Source of the DNA: an uncultured Alphaproteobacteria bacterium
Lineage (GTDB): Bacteria > Pseudomonadota > Alphaproteobacteria > HIMB59 > GCA-002718135
Direction: 5' to 3'
NCBI GenBank assembly: GCA_902603095.1
Contig: CACKTS010000003.1
Location: forward strand, 728-64,727
DNA length: 64,000 nt
The translations under genes and the position numbers were made by a program. A model generated the notes under the pieces. The model was not told where the DNA came from. It did not search any database and worked only from the letters and a program-made list of their open reading frames with translations. Shown in pieces: positions 1 to 8,745 of the stretch (its first letter is position 1; every line of letters starts with the position of its first letter).

Positions 1-2
1 TA

Positions 3-869
3 GAAACTATACAAAAACATAAATTAAATTTAAACAATTTTGAAATAGTTCATTGTGATGAAAATATTACAGATGAAGATAAGACTAACACAATTCTTAG
101 ATCTAGAAAAAATAGTAGCATGTTTAGGGGATTAAACTATGTGAAAGAAAATTTAAATTCTGGTTTTATTTCTGCAGGAAACACAGCTGCACTTATGATT
201 TTATCAAGATTAATTTTGGGAATGATTAAAGGTGTAAATAGACCAGCAATTTGTTCAAATATTCCAAATAAAAAATCTTATTCATTAATGTTAGATTTAG
301 GCGCAAATGTATATGTTACTGCTGAAAATTTATTACAGTTTGCTTTAATGGGTTATGCATATTTTTCAATAATTGATCCAAAAAGAAAACCTAAAATTGG
401 TTTAATAAATATAGGTACTGAAAATAATAAAGGTCTCGAGTTTCTTCAAGAAGCACATGATTTGATTTCTAAAAGTTTTTTAAAAAATCAATTTCTTGGC
501 TTTATAGAACCTAATAAAATTACTCATGGTATTTGTGATATAATATTATCAGATGGATATACTGGAAATATAATTTTAAAAACAGCAGAAGGATTATCTG
601 GTTTTATAACATCTAATCTGAGAGATGTTTATACAAAGTCTATAAAAAATAAGTTAGCATACAAGATGTTAGCTGAAGATTTAAAAATTTTTAAAAATCA
701 AATTGATCCTGATGAATATAATGGAGCAACTTTTTTAGGAATAAATGGAATATCAGTAAAAAGTCATGGCAATGCTAATCCTTATGCTTTCTCATGTGCT
801 ATTAATAAGTGCTATCATTTTATAATAAATGATTTAAATAAAAAAATTAAAGAAAATTTTAAATATTAA
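3..869 (+). CDS. plsX: Phosphate acyltransferase PlsX, C-terminal portion (5' end lies upstream of the window)
   Basis: The frame is open from nt 3 into listed ORF 120..869. Motifs GNTAALM, DLGANV, GYTGNIILKT and SHGNANP are typical of PlsX. It is followed by ihfA, as in other Alphaproteobacteria. Confidence 0.85.
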   Translation, partial: ETIQKHKLNLNNFEIVHCDENITDEDKTNTILRSRKNSSMFRGLNYVKENLNSGFISAGNTAALMILSRLILGMIKGVNRPAICSNIPNKKSYSLMLDLGANVYVTAENLLQFALMGYAYFSIIDPKRKPKIGLINIGTENNKGLEFLQEAHDLISKSFLKNQFLGFIEPNKITHGICDIILSDGYTGNIILKTAEGLSGFITSNLRDVYTKSIKNKLAYKMLAEDLKIFKNQIDPDEYNGATFLGINGISVKSHGNANPYAFSCAINKCYHFIINDLNKKIKENFKY

Positions 870-877
870 AAAAATTA

Positions 878-1183
878 ATGGAAATAAATAATAATTTTAC
901 AAGGGATGATATTGCTGAATCTCTACATAATGAGTTTGGTCTTACAAAAAAAGATTGTATTGTTTTTGTTAATGACATTATAGATATAATTATAGATGGA
1001 TTAAAAACTAATGGTTATGTTAAAATTCATAATTTTGGTTCATTCAAGATTAAAAGAAAAAAAAGTAGACTGGGTCGTAATCCAAAAACAAAAGAAAATA
1101 TAATGATAGAAGAGCGCAATGTAATTACTTTTAAAGCAAGTAAAAATGTATTAAATTATATTAATAAATTTAATGGTCAGTGA
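878..1183 (+). CDS. ihfA: Integration host factor alpha subunit (HU/IHF family)
   Basis: 101 aa. FGSFKIKRKKSRLGRNPKTKENIMIEERNVITFKAS matches the IHF-alpha arm region (GRNPKTGE..I...RVVTF). Position after plsX also fits. Confidence 0.8.
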   Translation: MEINNNFTRDDIAESLHNEFGLTKKDCIVFVNDIIDIIIDGLKTNGYVKIHNFGSFKIKRKKSRLGRNPKTKENIMIEERNVITFKASKNVLNYINKFNGQ

Positions 1184-1556
1184 TAAAAAATACTATAGCA
1201 TTCGTGAGGTATCAGAAATGCTGGATATTAAAGAGCATGTAATTAGACACTGGGATTCAATAGATCCAAAAACTAAAAAATTAAGAATTGAAGATTTGTC
1301 TATTAGAACAAATGGCGGAACAAGATTTTTTAATAAATCTCACATAAAAAGAATATCAAAACTAAAAAATATATTAAAAGAAAATGGTAAGAGAAATTAT
1401 ACTTTAGATCTTGCTTCTAAGTTTATTTCTCAAAATAAAAATAAGAATAACAACATTAATAAAAATGCATATTTAAAAAGCGATTCTGCAGATTTTGTTG
1501 ATAAGTATAAAAAAATAAGCAAAATTACTAAAAATCTTAAGAATTTAATTAAATAA
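1173..1556 (+). CDS. MerR-family HTH transcriptional regulator (short, no effector domain evident)
   Basis: The N-terminal segment YSIREVSEMLDIKEHVIRHWDS is a MerR-type HTH. It overlaps the ihfA stop by 11 nt. The ihfA-merR pairing is common in Alphaproteobacteria. Confidence 0.7.
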   Translation: MVSDKKYYSIREVSEMLDIKEHVIRHWDSIDPKTKKLRIEDLSIRTNGGTRFFNKSHIKRISKLKNILKENGKRNYTLDLASKFISQNKNKNNNINKNAYLKSDSADFVDKYKKISKITKNLKNLIK

Positions 1557-1692
1557 CTATATTTAGATATATATTTCAATAATTTATTATTATTATTTTA
1601 AATACATTATTTTAAAAATTCTCAATCTTTACTATTTTAAAAATCATTTTTTTACTTATAAAGCTCTAATAAAAAAATAAGGAGTATTTTTT

Positions 1693-2382
1693 ATGGATCA
1701 TAGTTTTTTAAGTGGTTCTGATTTTGTAGGTATCACATTTTGGGTCGTATCGATCGCAATGTGGGCTTCAACAATTTTCTTTTTTTATGAAGGAATGAGA
1801 GTTTCTGCAAAATGGAGAACTTCAATGGTAGTAGCTGGTTTAATTACTTTTATAGCAGCAGTTCACTACATGTATATGAGAGAATTTTGGGTAACAATGG
1901 GAGAATCACCTGTTGTTTATCGTTACATTGATTGGATTCTAACTGTGCCACTTCAAATGGTAGAATTCTATTTAATTTTAATTGCAGCTGGTGCAGCGGT
2001 ATCAGGAGGATCATTCTGGAGACTTTTAGTTGGTACTCTTGTAATGGTAATTGGTGGATATCTAGGTGAATCTGGTATGATTTCAATTTTACTAGGATTT
2101 ATTATTGGAATGATCGGTTGGGCAGTAATTATATGGGAAATATTTAGAGGTGAAGCAAGTCAAGCAGCATCTCAGAATTCATCTGTATCTTCAGCATTTA
2201 ATGCAATGAGACTTATTGTGCTTATTGGATGGGCAATTTATCCTCTAGGTTATGTTTTAGGCCTTATGATGGGATCAGTTGATGCAAATACATTAAACTG
2301 GATTTATAATTTAGCAGACTTTGTTAATAAGATCTTATTTGGTTTAATAATTTGGAATTTAGCAATTAAAGATACTGCGTAA
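1693..2382 (+). CDS. Proteorhodopsin (light-driven proton pump). It has a DTE motif and Gln at the spectral-tuning position.
   Basis: RYIDWILTVPLQMVEFYLIL holds the D/T/E proton acceptor and donor motif. HYMYMR holds the His75 equivalent. NLADFVNKILFGLIIW holds the Schiff-base Lys. An AAGGAG RBS sits 8 nt upstream and a hairpin terminator lies downstream. Confidence 0.95.
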   Translation: MDHSFLSGSDFVGITFWVVSIAMWASTIFFFYEGMRVSAKWRTSMVVAGLITFIAAVHYMYMREFWVTMGESPVVYRYIDWILTVPLQMVEFYLILIAAGAAVSGGSFWRLLVGTLVMVIGGYLGESGMISILLGFIIGMIGWAVIIWEIFRGEASQAASQNSSVSSAFNAMRLIVLIGWAIYPLGYVLGLMMGSVDANTLNWIYNLADFVNKILFGLIIWNLAIKDTA

Positions 2383-2403
2383 ATTTTAATTAATAATTTC
2401 TTT

Positions 2404-2432
2404 AAAAACCCTCCTTTAGGAGGGTTTTTTTT
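2404..2432 (+). terminator. Rho-independent terminator after proteorhodopsin
   Basis: aaaaaCCCTCCtttaGGAGGGtttttttt: a 6-bp GC stem, a 4-nt loop, a T8 run and a flanking A-run. Confidence 0.85.
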
Positions 2433-2477
2433 ATAATTATATTGACTAAATTTGGTTCAATATGTAAGTGCACCGCA

Positions 2478-2939
2478 ATGAAAACTTTTAGCTTGAAAAA
2501 GGAAGAAATTAAAAAAAATTGGGTATTAATTGATGCTAAAGATTTAGTTTTAGGCAGACTTGCTGCCTATTCAGCAAACTTACTAAGAGGTAAAAACAAA
2601 CCCAATTATACACCTAACCAAGATTGTGGAGATAATTTAATAATTATAAATTCTGATCATGTTCTTCTAACAGGAAAGAAAAATAAAGATAAGACTTATT
2701 ACCGCCATACTGGATTTCCAGGTGGAATTAAAGAAACAAGTCCAGATAAAATGAAGGGCAAAAATAAATCTCAAGAAATTATCAAGCTTGCTATAAAAAG
2801 AATGATACCATCAGGTCCTTTAGGAAGAAAACAATTATCAAATTGTAAAATATTTTCTGGGGAAAAGCATTCTCATGAAGCTCAGAATCCTTCTAAAATA
2901 GAATTTGATAAACTTAATAATAAAAATTCTAAAAGATAA
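2478..2939 (+). CDS. rplM: 50S ribosomal protein L13
   Basis: [18 protein letters not shown]...[13 protein letters not shown] is classic L13. I chose the ATG at 2478 rather than the TTG at 2442 of the ORF track. Confidence 0.93.
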   Translation: MKTFSLKKEEIKKNWVLIDAKDLVLGRLAAYSANLLRGKNKPNYTPNQDCGDNLIIINSDHVLLTGKKNKDKTYYRHTGFPGGIKETSPDKMKGKNKSQEIIKLAIKRMIPSGPLGRKQLSNCKIFSGEKHSHEAQNPSKIEFDKLNNKNSKR

Positions 2940-2941
2940 AT

Positions 2942-3370
2942 ATGGAAAATACAGAAAATAATAGCGAAGCTAAACTTGATAACAAACAAAGGGCATATGC
3001 TACTGGAAAAAGAAAAAATTCCATAGCTAGAGTATGGTTGAAGCGTGGCTCTGGAAGTATATCAGTAAATGGTAAATCAGTTGAAAAATACTTTGCTAGA
3101 CCAGTTCTACAAATGATTGTCAATCAACCTTTGAATGTTATTGAGGCTGAAGGTGGTTATGAAATTTTAGCAACTGTAAAAGGTGGAGGACTATCAGGTC
3201 AAGCAGGAGCTTTAAGACATGGAATTAGTAAAGCATTGAGCTTATTTGATTCATCTTATAGACCTGCACTAAAAAAAGTAGGATTTATAACAAGAGACTC
3301 CAGAGTTGTTGAAAGAAAGAAATCTGGTTTAGCTAAGGCAAGAAGAAGTTACCAATTCTCTAAAAGATAA
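2942..3370 (+). CDS. rpsI: 30S ribosomal protein S9
   Basis: [14 protein letters not shown]...[19 protein letters not shown]...[17 protein letters not shown]. It forms the rplM-rpsI operon. Confidence 0.95.
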   Translation: MENTENNSEAKLDNKQRAYATGKRKNSIARVWLKRGSGSISVNGKSVEKYFARPVLQMIVNQPLNVIEAEGGYEILATVKGGGLSGQAGALRHGISKALSLFDSSYRPALKKVGFITRDSRVVERKKSGLAKARRSYQFSKR

Positions 3371-3378
3371 TAAAAAAT

Positions 3379-4404
3379 ATGCCGAAAAAAGTATTAGTAG
3401 CCATACTTGGCTCAACTGGCTATGTTGGATTAGAGTTAACAAAAATATTATCAAAGCATCCAAACGTTGAAATCGTTTTCCTTGGTTCAGAAAATAACCC
3501 AGAAACCTCTATTGAAACAGCTGGAAAATTAATTCTTGATAAAAAATTGCCACTAACTCAATTAAATAAAAATTTTGACTACAGAAATGCTGATACAGTT
3601 TTCCTTTCTCTTCCTCATGGTGTTTCAAATGAGTTTGTCAAACATTATTATAATAAAATACAAATTATAGATTTATCAGCTGATTTTAGATTGGATGACT
3701 ATGAAATTTATAAAAAAAATTATGGAAATAATCATACTTCACCAAACTTATTAAATAATTTTGTTTATGGACTTGCAGAATTTAATAAAGAAAAGTTATT
3801 AAATAATAAAAATATTGCTGTTCCAGGTTGTTATCCAACATCTGTATTGATACCTCTCTTGCCTTTATTAAGTAAGAAATTAATAAAGAATCAAAACATA
3901 ATAGTTGATTCTAAGTCAGGATATAGTGGAGCGGGAAAGAATTTTGATTTAAAAAATATTAAAAAATTAGAAGATTATAATTTTTACAACTATAATACAA
4001 ATAACCATAGACATATTTGTGAGATTAAACAGGAAATGGAAAAAGTAAATCAATCTGATGTTTTGTTTTCATTTAATCCTCATATACTTCCAAATTTTAG
4101 AGGCATGATGTCTACCATATATTGTGATTTGCAAGATGGTATAAAAGAAGAAAACATAGAAAACTGTTTTGCAGAGTTAGAATCAAAAAATCATTTTATA
4201 AAGTTCATTAAAGATGATGATAGGGTCGATTTTTTTCGTGTACAAAATACAAATATGTGCATTCTTAAATTGTTTAATCATTATGATAGATCCAAAATAA
4301 TCATTGTGAGTTTAATTGATAATCTTCAAAAAGGTGCAGCTGGGCAAGCAGTCCAATGTTTTAATATAAGTCAAGGTTTAGAAGAGTCTTTAGGTTTAAA
4401 TTGA
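3379..4404 (+). CDS. argC: N-acetyl-gamma-glutamyl-phosphate reductase
   Basis: VAILGSTGYVGLEL NAD-binding N-terminus, the PGCYPTS active-site Cys motif and the DNLxKGAAGQAVQ C-terminus. Confidence 0.9.
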   Translation: MPKKVLVAILGSTGYVGLELTKILSKHPNVEIVFLGSENNPETSIETAGKLILDKKLPLTQLNKNFDYRNADTVFLSLPHGVSNEFVKHYYNKIQIIDLSADFRLDDYEIYKKNYGNNHTSPNLLNNFVYGLAEFNKEKLLNNKNIAVPGCYPTSVLIPLLPLLSKKLIKNQNIIVDSKSGYSGAGKNFDLKNIKKLEDYNFYNYNTNNHRHICEIKQEMEKVNQSDVLFSFNPHILPNFRGMMSTIYCDLQDGIKEENIENCFAELESKNHFIKFIKDDDRVDFFRVQNTNMCILKLFNHYDRSKIIIVSLIDNLQKGAAGQAVQCFNISQGLEESLGLN

Positions 4405-4586
4405 TTAAGATTTTAATATTATTTTTTTTATTTTTAGTTTCATCCTGCGGGTATCCTGATATTGATTCTGTTCCAAATTTCAAAGAAGTTGATCTTACAG
4501 AAGATGAAATAATTGATTTGTGTCAACTATCATCAACTGATAAAAGTGAAATTGATACATGTATTGTTGAAAAAAGTAAAAAATAA
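4401..4586 (+). CDS. Small putative lipoprotein (61 aa)
   Basis: A hydrophobic leader ends in the lipobox LVSS-C. It has a TTG start that overlaps the argC stop by 4 nt, and its stop overlaps the hom ATG (TAATG). No recognisable family. Confidence 0.45.
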   Translation: MIKILILFFLFLVSSCGYPDIDSVPNFKEVDLTEDEIIDLCQLSSTDKSEIDTCIVEKSKK

Positions 4587-5881
4587 TGAAAAATATTAAT
4601 CTTTGTATAGCTGGTTTGGGGAACGTTGGTTCTGCTCTTGTTGATCTTATTGAAAAAAATACTGAATTAGTTAATTTTAAAGCAGATTTAAATATAAATA
4701 TATTAGGTCTTTCATCAAAAAATAAAAACAAAAAAAGAATTTTTGATGTAAGTAAATATAAGTGGTTTCAAAATCCTTTAGACTTGTTAAGTGTTGATGG
4801 ATTAGCACCAGACATTTTAGTTGAATTAATTGGATATGAAAAAGATATAAGTTATGAGCTTGTAAAATCTGCTATAAAAAATAAAATTAATGTAGTAACA
4901 GGTAATAAAGCAATGCTAGCCAAATATGGCCAAGAACTTTTTAAAATTGCAGAAGAAAATAAAGTATTATTATTATTTGAAGCTGCAGTTGCAGGAGGTA
5001 TTCCAGTAATTAAAACTTTAAAAAATATCATTTTTTCAAATAAAATAAAAAAAATTTCTGGAATTTTGAATGGTACAACAAATTATATTTTAACAACTAT
5101 GGAATTAGAAAATAAAAGTTTTGATGATGTTCTAAACGATGCCAAACAAAAAGGCTTCACATCCGATCATGAGTCTGAATTAGATATTGGAGGTTATGAC
5201 GCAGCACATAAACTAACCTTACTAACAAGTTTAGCTTATAGTGCTCAAATTAATTTCAATTTAAATCAAATTGAAGGAATACAAAATATTACAATTGAAG
5301 ATATTAATTTTGTAAAAAAATTAGGATATAAAATTAAATTAATTTCAGAATGTTCATTAATTGAAAATAAAATTTATGCTTCCACAAAACCAAAATTAAT
5401 ACCAATTAATAGTCCAATGGCAAATGCAAATGGAGCATTAAATGCTATAAATATTGAAACAGATCATCTAGAGAGTTTGTATTTAGAGGGTGAAGGAGCT
5501 GGGGGACCACCAACTGCAAGTTCAGTTTTGTCTGATATTTTAGAAATATCTAGTAAAAGCCATACCAAATCTCTTGGCTTTTCTTATTCTAAACTCATAA
5601 AATTTGAAAAATTTAATTCTTCAAACTTGGAATCTAAATATTTTTTAAGAGTAAGAGTCAATGATCAACCGGGAGTTTTATCAAAAATCACTAGTTATTT
5701 TAATGATAATAATATTTCTATTGAAAAAATATTACAAATTCCAGATAATGATTCTAAAAGTATGCCTATTGTAATAACTACTCATAAAATTAAATCTTCA
5801 GAATTATTGAGTTCTGTAAAAAAAATAGCAGATCTTGACTTTATTTTAGATAAAATATCCTTGATACCAATTGAGTATTGA
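4586..5881 (+). CDS. hom: Homoserine dehydrogenase with C-terminal ACT domain
   Basis: NLCIAGLGNVGSALV Rossmann N-terminus, GNKAMLA, GILNGTTNYILT and GYDAAHKL motifs, and an ACT-like C-terminus (FLRVRVNDQPGVLSKIT). Confidence 0.9.
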   Translation: MKNINLCIAGLGNVGSALVDLIEKNTELVNFKADLNINILGLSSKNKNKKRIFDVSKYKWFQNPLDLLSVDGLAPDILVELIGYEKDISYELVKSAIKNKINVVTGNKAMLAKYGQELFKIAEENKVLLLFEAAVAGGIPVIKTLKNIIFSNKIKKISGILNGTTNYILTTMELENKSFDDVLNDAKQKGFTSDHESELDIGGYDAAHKLTLLTSLAYSAQINFNLNQIEGIQNITIEDINFVKKLGYKIKLISECSLIENKIYASTKPKLIPINSPMANANGALNAINIETDHLESLYLEGEGAGGPPTASSVLSDILEISSKSHTKSLGFSYSKLIKFEKFNSSNLESKYFLRVRVNDQPGVLSKITSYFNDNNISIEKILQIPDNDSKSMPIVITTHKIKSSELLSSVKKIADLDFILDKISLIPIEY

Positions 5882-7646
5882 AATTAAAAATATAAAGCAA
5901 AATAAATCTCTATTAAATAGAAGTTGGGAATTAAAAGAATTCGATGAGAGGAAAACATTAAAATTAAGTCAACAATTTAATTTGAAATATATTGTAGCTA
6001 AACTTTTAAATATTAGAGATATAGATCATGAATCATTTGAAAGTTTTTTAGAACCAAATATTAATTTTAATATTACTAGCCCTGGTAAATTAGCTGATAT
6101 CGATAAAGCTGTTGATAGAGTAATTAATGCAATAAAAAAGAAACAAAGAATAGGTATTATTGCAGATTATGATGTCGATGGATCAACTTCTGCTTCAATT
6201 TTATATAAATTTTTAAAAAATTTTACTTCTTCAATTTTTTTAAAGATTCCAAATAGATTGGTAGATGGGTATGGACCAAATATTAAATTAATGAAAGAAA
6301 TGAAAGAAAATAAAATTGACTTATTATTTACTTTAGATTGCGGAACTACATCTAATGATATTATTGACAATAAAGATTTTAAAAATATTGATGTAATAGT
6401 TATTGATCATCACTTAGGTGAATTAAAATTACCTAATGTTTTAGCAATTATCAATCCTAATAGGATTGATGATAATAGTAATTATAATCAATTAGCTGCT
6501 GTTGGTGTTACTTTTCTTTTTTTAATCTATCTTAGAAAAAAATTAAGAGATTTAAAATTATTTTCAGCAACTAAAGAACCAAATCTTTTAGCTTACTTAG
6601 ATTTAGTTGCTTTGGGCACAGTTTGTGATGTTGTTGAATTAAAAAAATATAATAGATTCTTTGTTAAGAAGGGTTTAGAACTTATTAAAAGAAGATATCA
6701 CAAAGGTATTGCTAAATTAATTGATAACTCAAAAATTAATTCTTCACCAACTTCTCAAGATCTTGGTTATATTGTTGGTCCACAAATAAATGCTGCTAGT
6801 AGAATAGATGATTCTTCCCTTGCTTCTAAATTACTTATTTCAAATGATATTGAGCAAATTGAAACAATTAGCCGAAAATTATTTCTTTTAAATGAAAAAA
6901 GAAAGTTAATTGAAAGTCAGATTTTAGAAAATGCAAAAGAACAGGCATTAAGTCAATTAAATTCTAAATTTATCATAGTGCATGGAGATGATTGGCATCA
7001 AGGAGTTTTAGGTATTGTTGCAAGTAAATTAACTGAAATTTATTATAAACCAACAATTGTAATTTCATTTATAAATAATATTGGAGTTGGTTCAGCCAGA
7101 TCAATTGATAAAGTTGATTTAGGAAAAATAATACTAAATGCAAAAGAAGAAGATATTTTATTAAGTGGAGGAGGCCATTCAATGGCAGCGGGCTTAAAAA
7201 TTAAATTTCAAAATTTAATAACATTTAATGACTATTTGAATAAATGTCTAAGCTCTTACGATGATAAATTATTTAATAGAGTGGATTTTTTTGATTCAGT
7301 TTTATCATTAAATGAAATTAATTTAGATTTAATTAAAAATATTAATAATCTTCAACCTTTCGGAAAAGGTAATACTGAGCCATATTTTATTTTAAAAGAT
7401 TTTATAATTGATTCAATTAAGATATTAAAAAATAAGCATATATTAATTTTTTTTGAAAATGATTTAGGTCAAAAAATAAAGGCTATTTGTTTTAATGCCA
7501 AAGGTACAATTTTAGGTGATTATTTAGAAAAATTTAATCAATATCAGTTTTATTTTGCATGCACTTTAACAACTGATAAATTCACATCTGAGCCTTTACC
7601 TCAGTTAATAATTAAAGATGTTATGAAAATTAATTTAATAAATTGA
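5871..7646 (+). CDS. recJ: Single-stranded-DNA-specific exonuclease RecJ
   Basis: DHH family motifs (IADYDVDGSTS, DCG, VIDHH), GGGHSMAAG (DHHA1), 591 aa. The TTG start overlaps the hom end. Confidence 0.9.
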   Translation: MSIEIKNIKQNKSLLNRSWELKEFDERKTLKLSQQFNLKYIVAKLLNIRDIDHESFESFLEPNINFNITSPGKLADIDKAVDRVINAIKKKQRIGIIADYDVDGSTSASILYKFLKNFTSSIFLKIPNRLVDGYGPNIKLMKEMKENKIDLLFTLDCGTTSNDIIDNKDFKNIDVIVIDHHLGELKLPNVLAIINPNRIDDNSNYNQLAAVGVTFLFLIYLRKKLRDLKLFSATKEPNLLAYLDLVALGTVCDVVELKKYNRFFVKKGLELIKRRYHKGIAKLIDNSKINSSPTSQDLGYIVGPQINAASRIDDSSLASKLLISNDIEQIETISRKLFLLNEKRKLIESQILENAKEQALSQLNSKFIIVHGDDWHQGVLGIVASKLTEIYYKPTIVISFINNIGVGSARSIDKVDLGKIILNAKEEDILLSGGGHSMAAGLKIKFQNLITFNDYLNKCLSSYDDKLFNRVDFFDSVLSLNEINLDLIKNINNLQPFGKGNTEPYFILKDFIIDSIKILKNKHILIFFENDLGQKIKAICFNAKGTILGDYLEKFNQYQFYFACTLTTDKFTSEPLPQLIIKDVMKINLIN

Positions 7647-7682
7647 AAAATTAACTTTAATATGTATATAACCCAACAAGAA

Positions 7683-7757
7683 GACCCCTTCGTCTATCGG
7701 TTAGGACATCAGGTTTTCATCCTGAAAAGAGGAGTTCGATTCTCCTAGGGGTCGCCA
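7683..7757 (+). tRNA. tRNA-Glu (anticodon UUC), CCA encoded
   Basis: Hand-folded cloverleaf: acceptor GACCCCT/AGGGGTC, anticodon loop TT-TTC-AT, T-arm AGGAG-TTCGATT-CTCCT. Confidence 0.9.
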
Positions 7758-7758
7758 T

Positions 7759-8742
7759 TTAGGGTTTTAAAATAATTGAACCAACACTTTTTCTAGATTG
7801 TAAAATTTCATGTGCCTTTTGGGCCTCTTCTAATTTTAATTTTTTATAAATATTTGATTTAACTTCTTTATTTTTCATTTTTTCAAATAAATTATTTGCA
7901 CAATTTAAAAGCTCTTCTCTATTGAGTGTATAACCCATAAGACTTGGTCGGGTATAAAAAAGGCTTTTAGGATTAAAAGTTTTATGCATATCTATTTTCT
8001 CAACCATCCCAGAAGATTGACCAAATGAAACCATCAGACCTCTTGTTGATAATGATTTTATCGATTCATCAAAAGTATCCTTACCGACTCCATCATAAAC
8101 AACTGGAACACCTTGATTATTAGTAATTTCCATTACCTTTTCTGAAACCATTTTTTCTTTATAATTTATAGTAAATTCACATCCATGATTTTTTGCAAGT
8201 TTAGCTTTTTCATCTGTGCTTACTGTACCAATCATTTTACAACCAACTGATTTTGCCCATTGACAAGCTATTAGACCTACACCACCAGCAGCAGCATGAA
8301 ATAAAATAATTTCATTATTTTTAATTTTATATAATCGCTCAAATAAATATTCAACGGTCATACCTTGTAAAAGTATCGAAGCAACTTCATCATCTTTCAA
8401 AAAATCAGGAATAGGTATTAATTTTTCTTCAGGAAAATCTCTTATTTCACAATATGCCCCTATTGGTGGAGTTGCATAAGCAACTCTATCCCCAACTTTA
8501 AAGTTAGAAACATCTGCACCAACTTCTATAATTACACCAGCGGCTTCCATACCTAGACAAACAGGCAATTCAGCTGGAAGGGGATAGATACCTGATCTAT
8601 GATAAGTGTCTATATAGTTTAGACCAATTGCAGTATGTTTAATTCTTACTTCTTTTTTTTTAATGCTCTTTGGTAAACTATATTCTTCATATTTTAAAAC
8701 ATCTGGACCACCTAATTTTGAAATTACAATTCGTTTTGGCAT
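7759..8742 (-). CDS. qor: NADPH:quinone oxidoreductase (zinc-type ADH/MDR superfamily)
   Basis: 327 aa. AIGLNYIDTYHRSG, the AAGGVGL cofactor motif and the SxGxIIL C-terminus are typical of Qor-like MDR enzymes. Confidence 0.8.
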   Translation of the reverse strand: MPKRIVISKLGGPDVLKYEEYSLPKSIKKKEVRIKHTAIGLNYIDTYHRSGIYPLPAELPVCLGMEAAGVIIEVGADVSNFKVGDRVAYATPPIGAYCEIRDFPEEKLIPIPDFLKDDEVASILLQGMTVEYLFERLYKIKNNEIILFHAAAGGVGLIACQWAKSVGCKMIGTVSTDEKAKLAKNHGCEFTINYKEKMVSEKVMEITNNQGVPVVYDGVGKDTFDESIKSLSTRGLMVSFGQSSGMVEKIDMHKTFNPKSLFYTRPSLMGYTLNREELLNCANNLFEKMKNKEVKSNIYKKLKLEEAQKAHEILQSRKSVGSIILKP

Positions 8743-8745
8743 AAA

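Noticed and set aside
1173-1556. The MerR-family regulator directly upstream of proteorhodopsin could be a light-responsive (CarH/LitR-like) regulator of the opsin.
   Set aside because: The protein is only 127 aa and has no B12-binding or other sensor domain. The ihfA-merR pair is a conserved alphaproteobacterial unit that exists without any rhodopsin. Adjacency is most simply coincidental.
1850-2086. 78-aa ORF antisense to proteorhodopsin.
   Set aside because: It lies entirely within a strongly supported gene. It has no RBS and a low-complexity sequence. It is an artefact of codon bias.
2442-2477. Upstream alternative starts in the ORF track: rplM 2442, PTP-like 25143, aapP 39224, umuD 40835, valS 45145, xthA 50360, argS 51800, SBP 23763, GATase 20257, DUF1330 33568.
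   Set aside because: In each case a downstream ATG gives an N-terminus that matches the family and avoids overlapping a terminator hairpin or the preceding gene. The extensions encode non-conserved hydrophobic or low-complexity residues.
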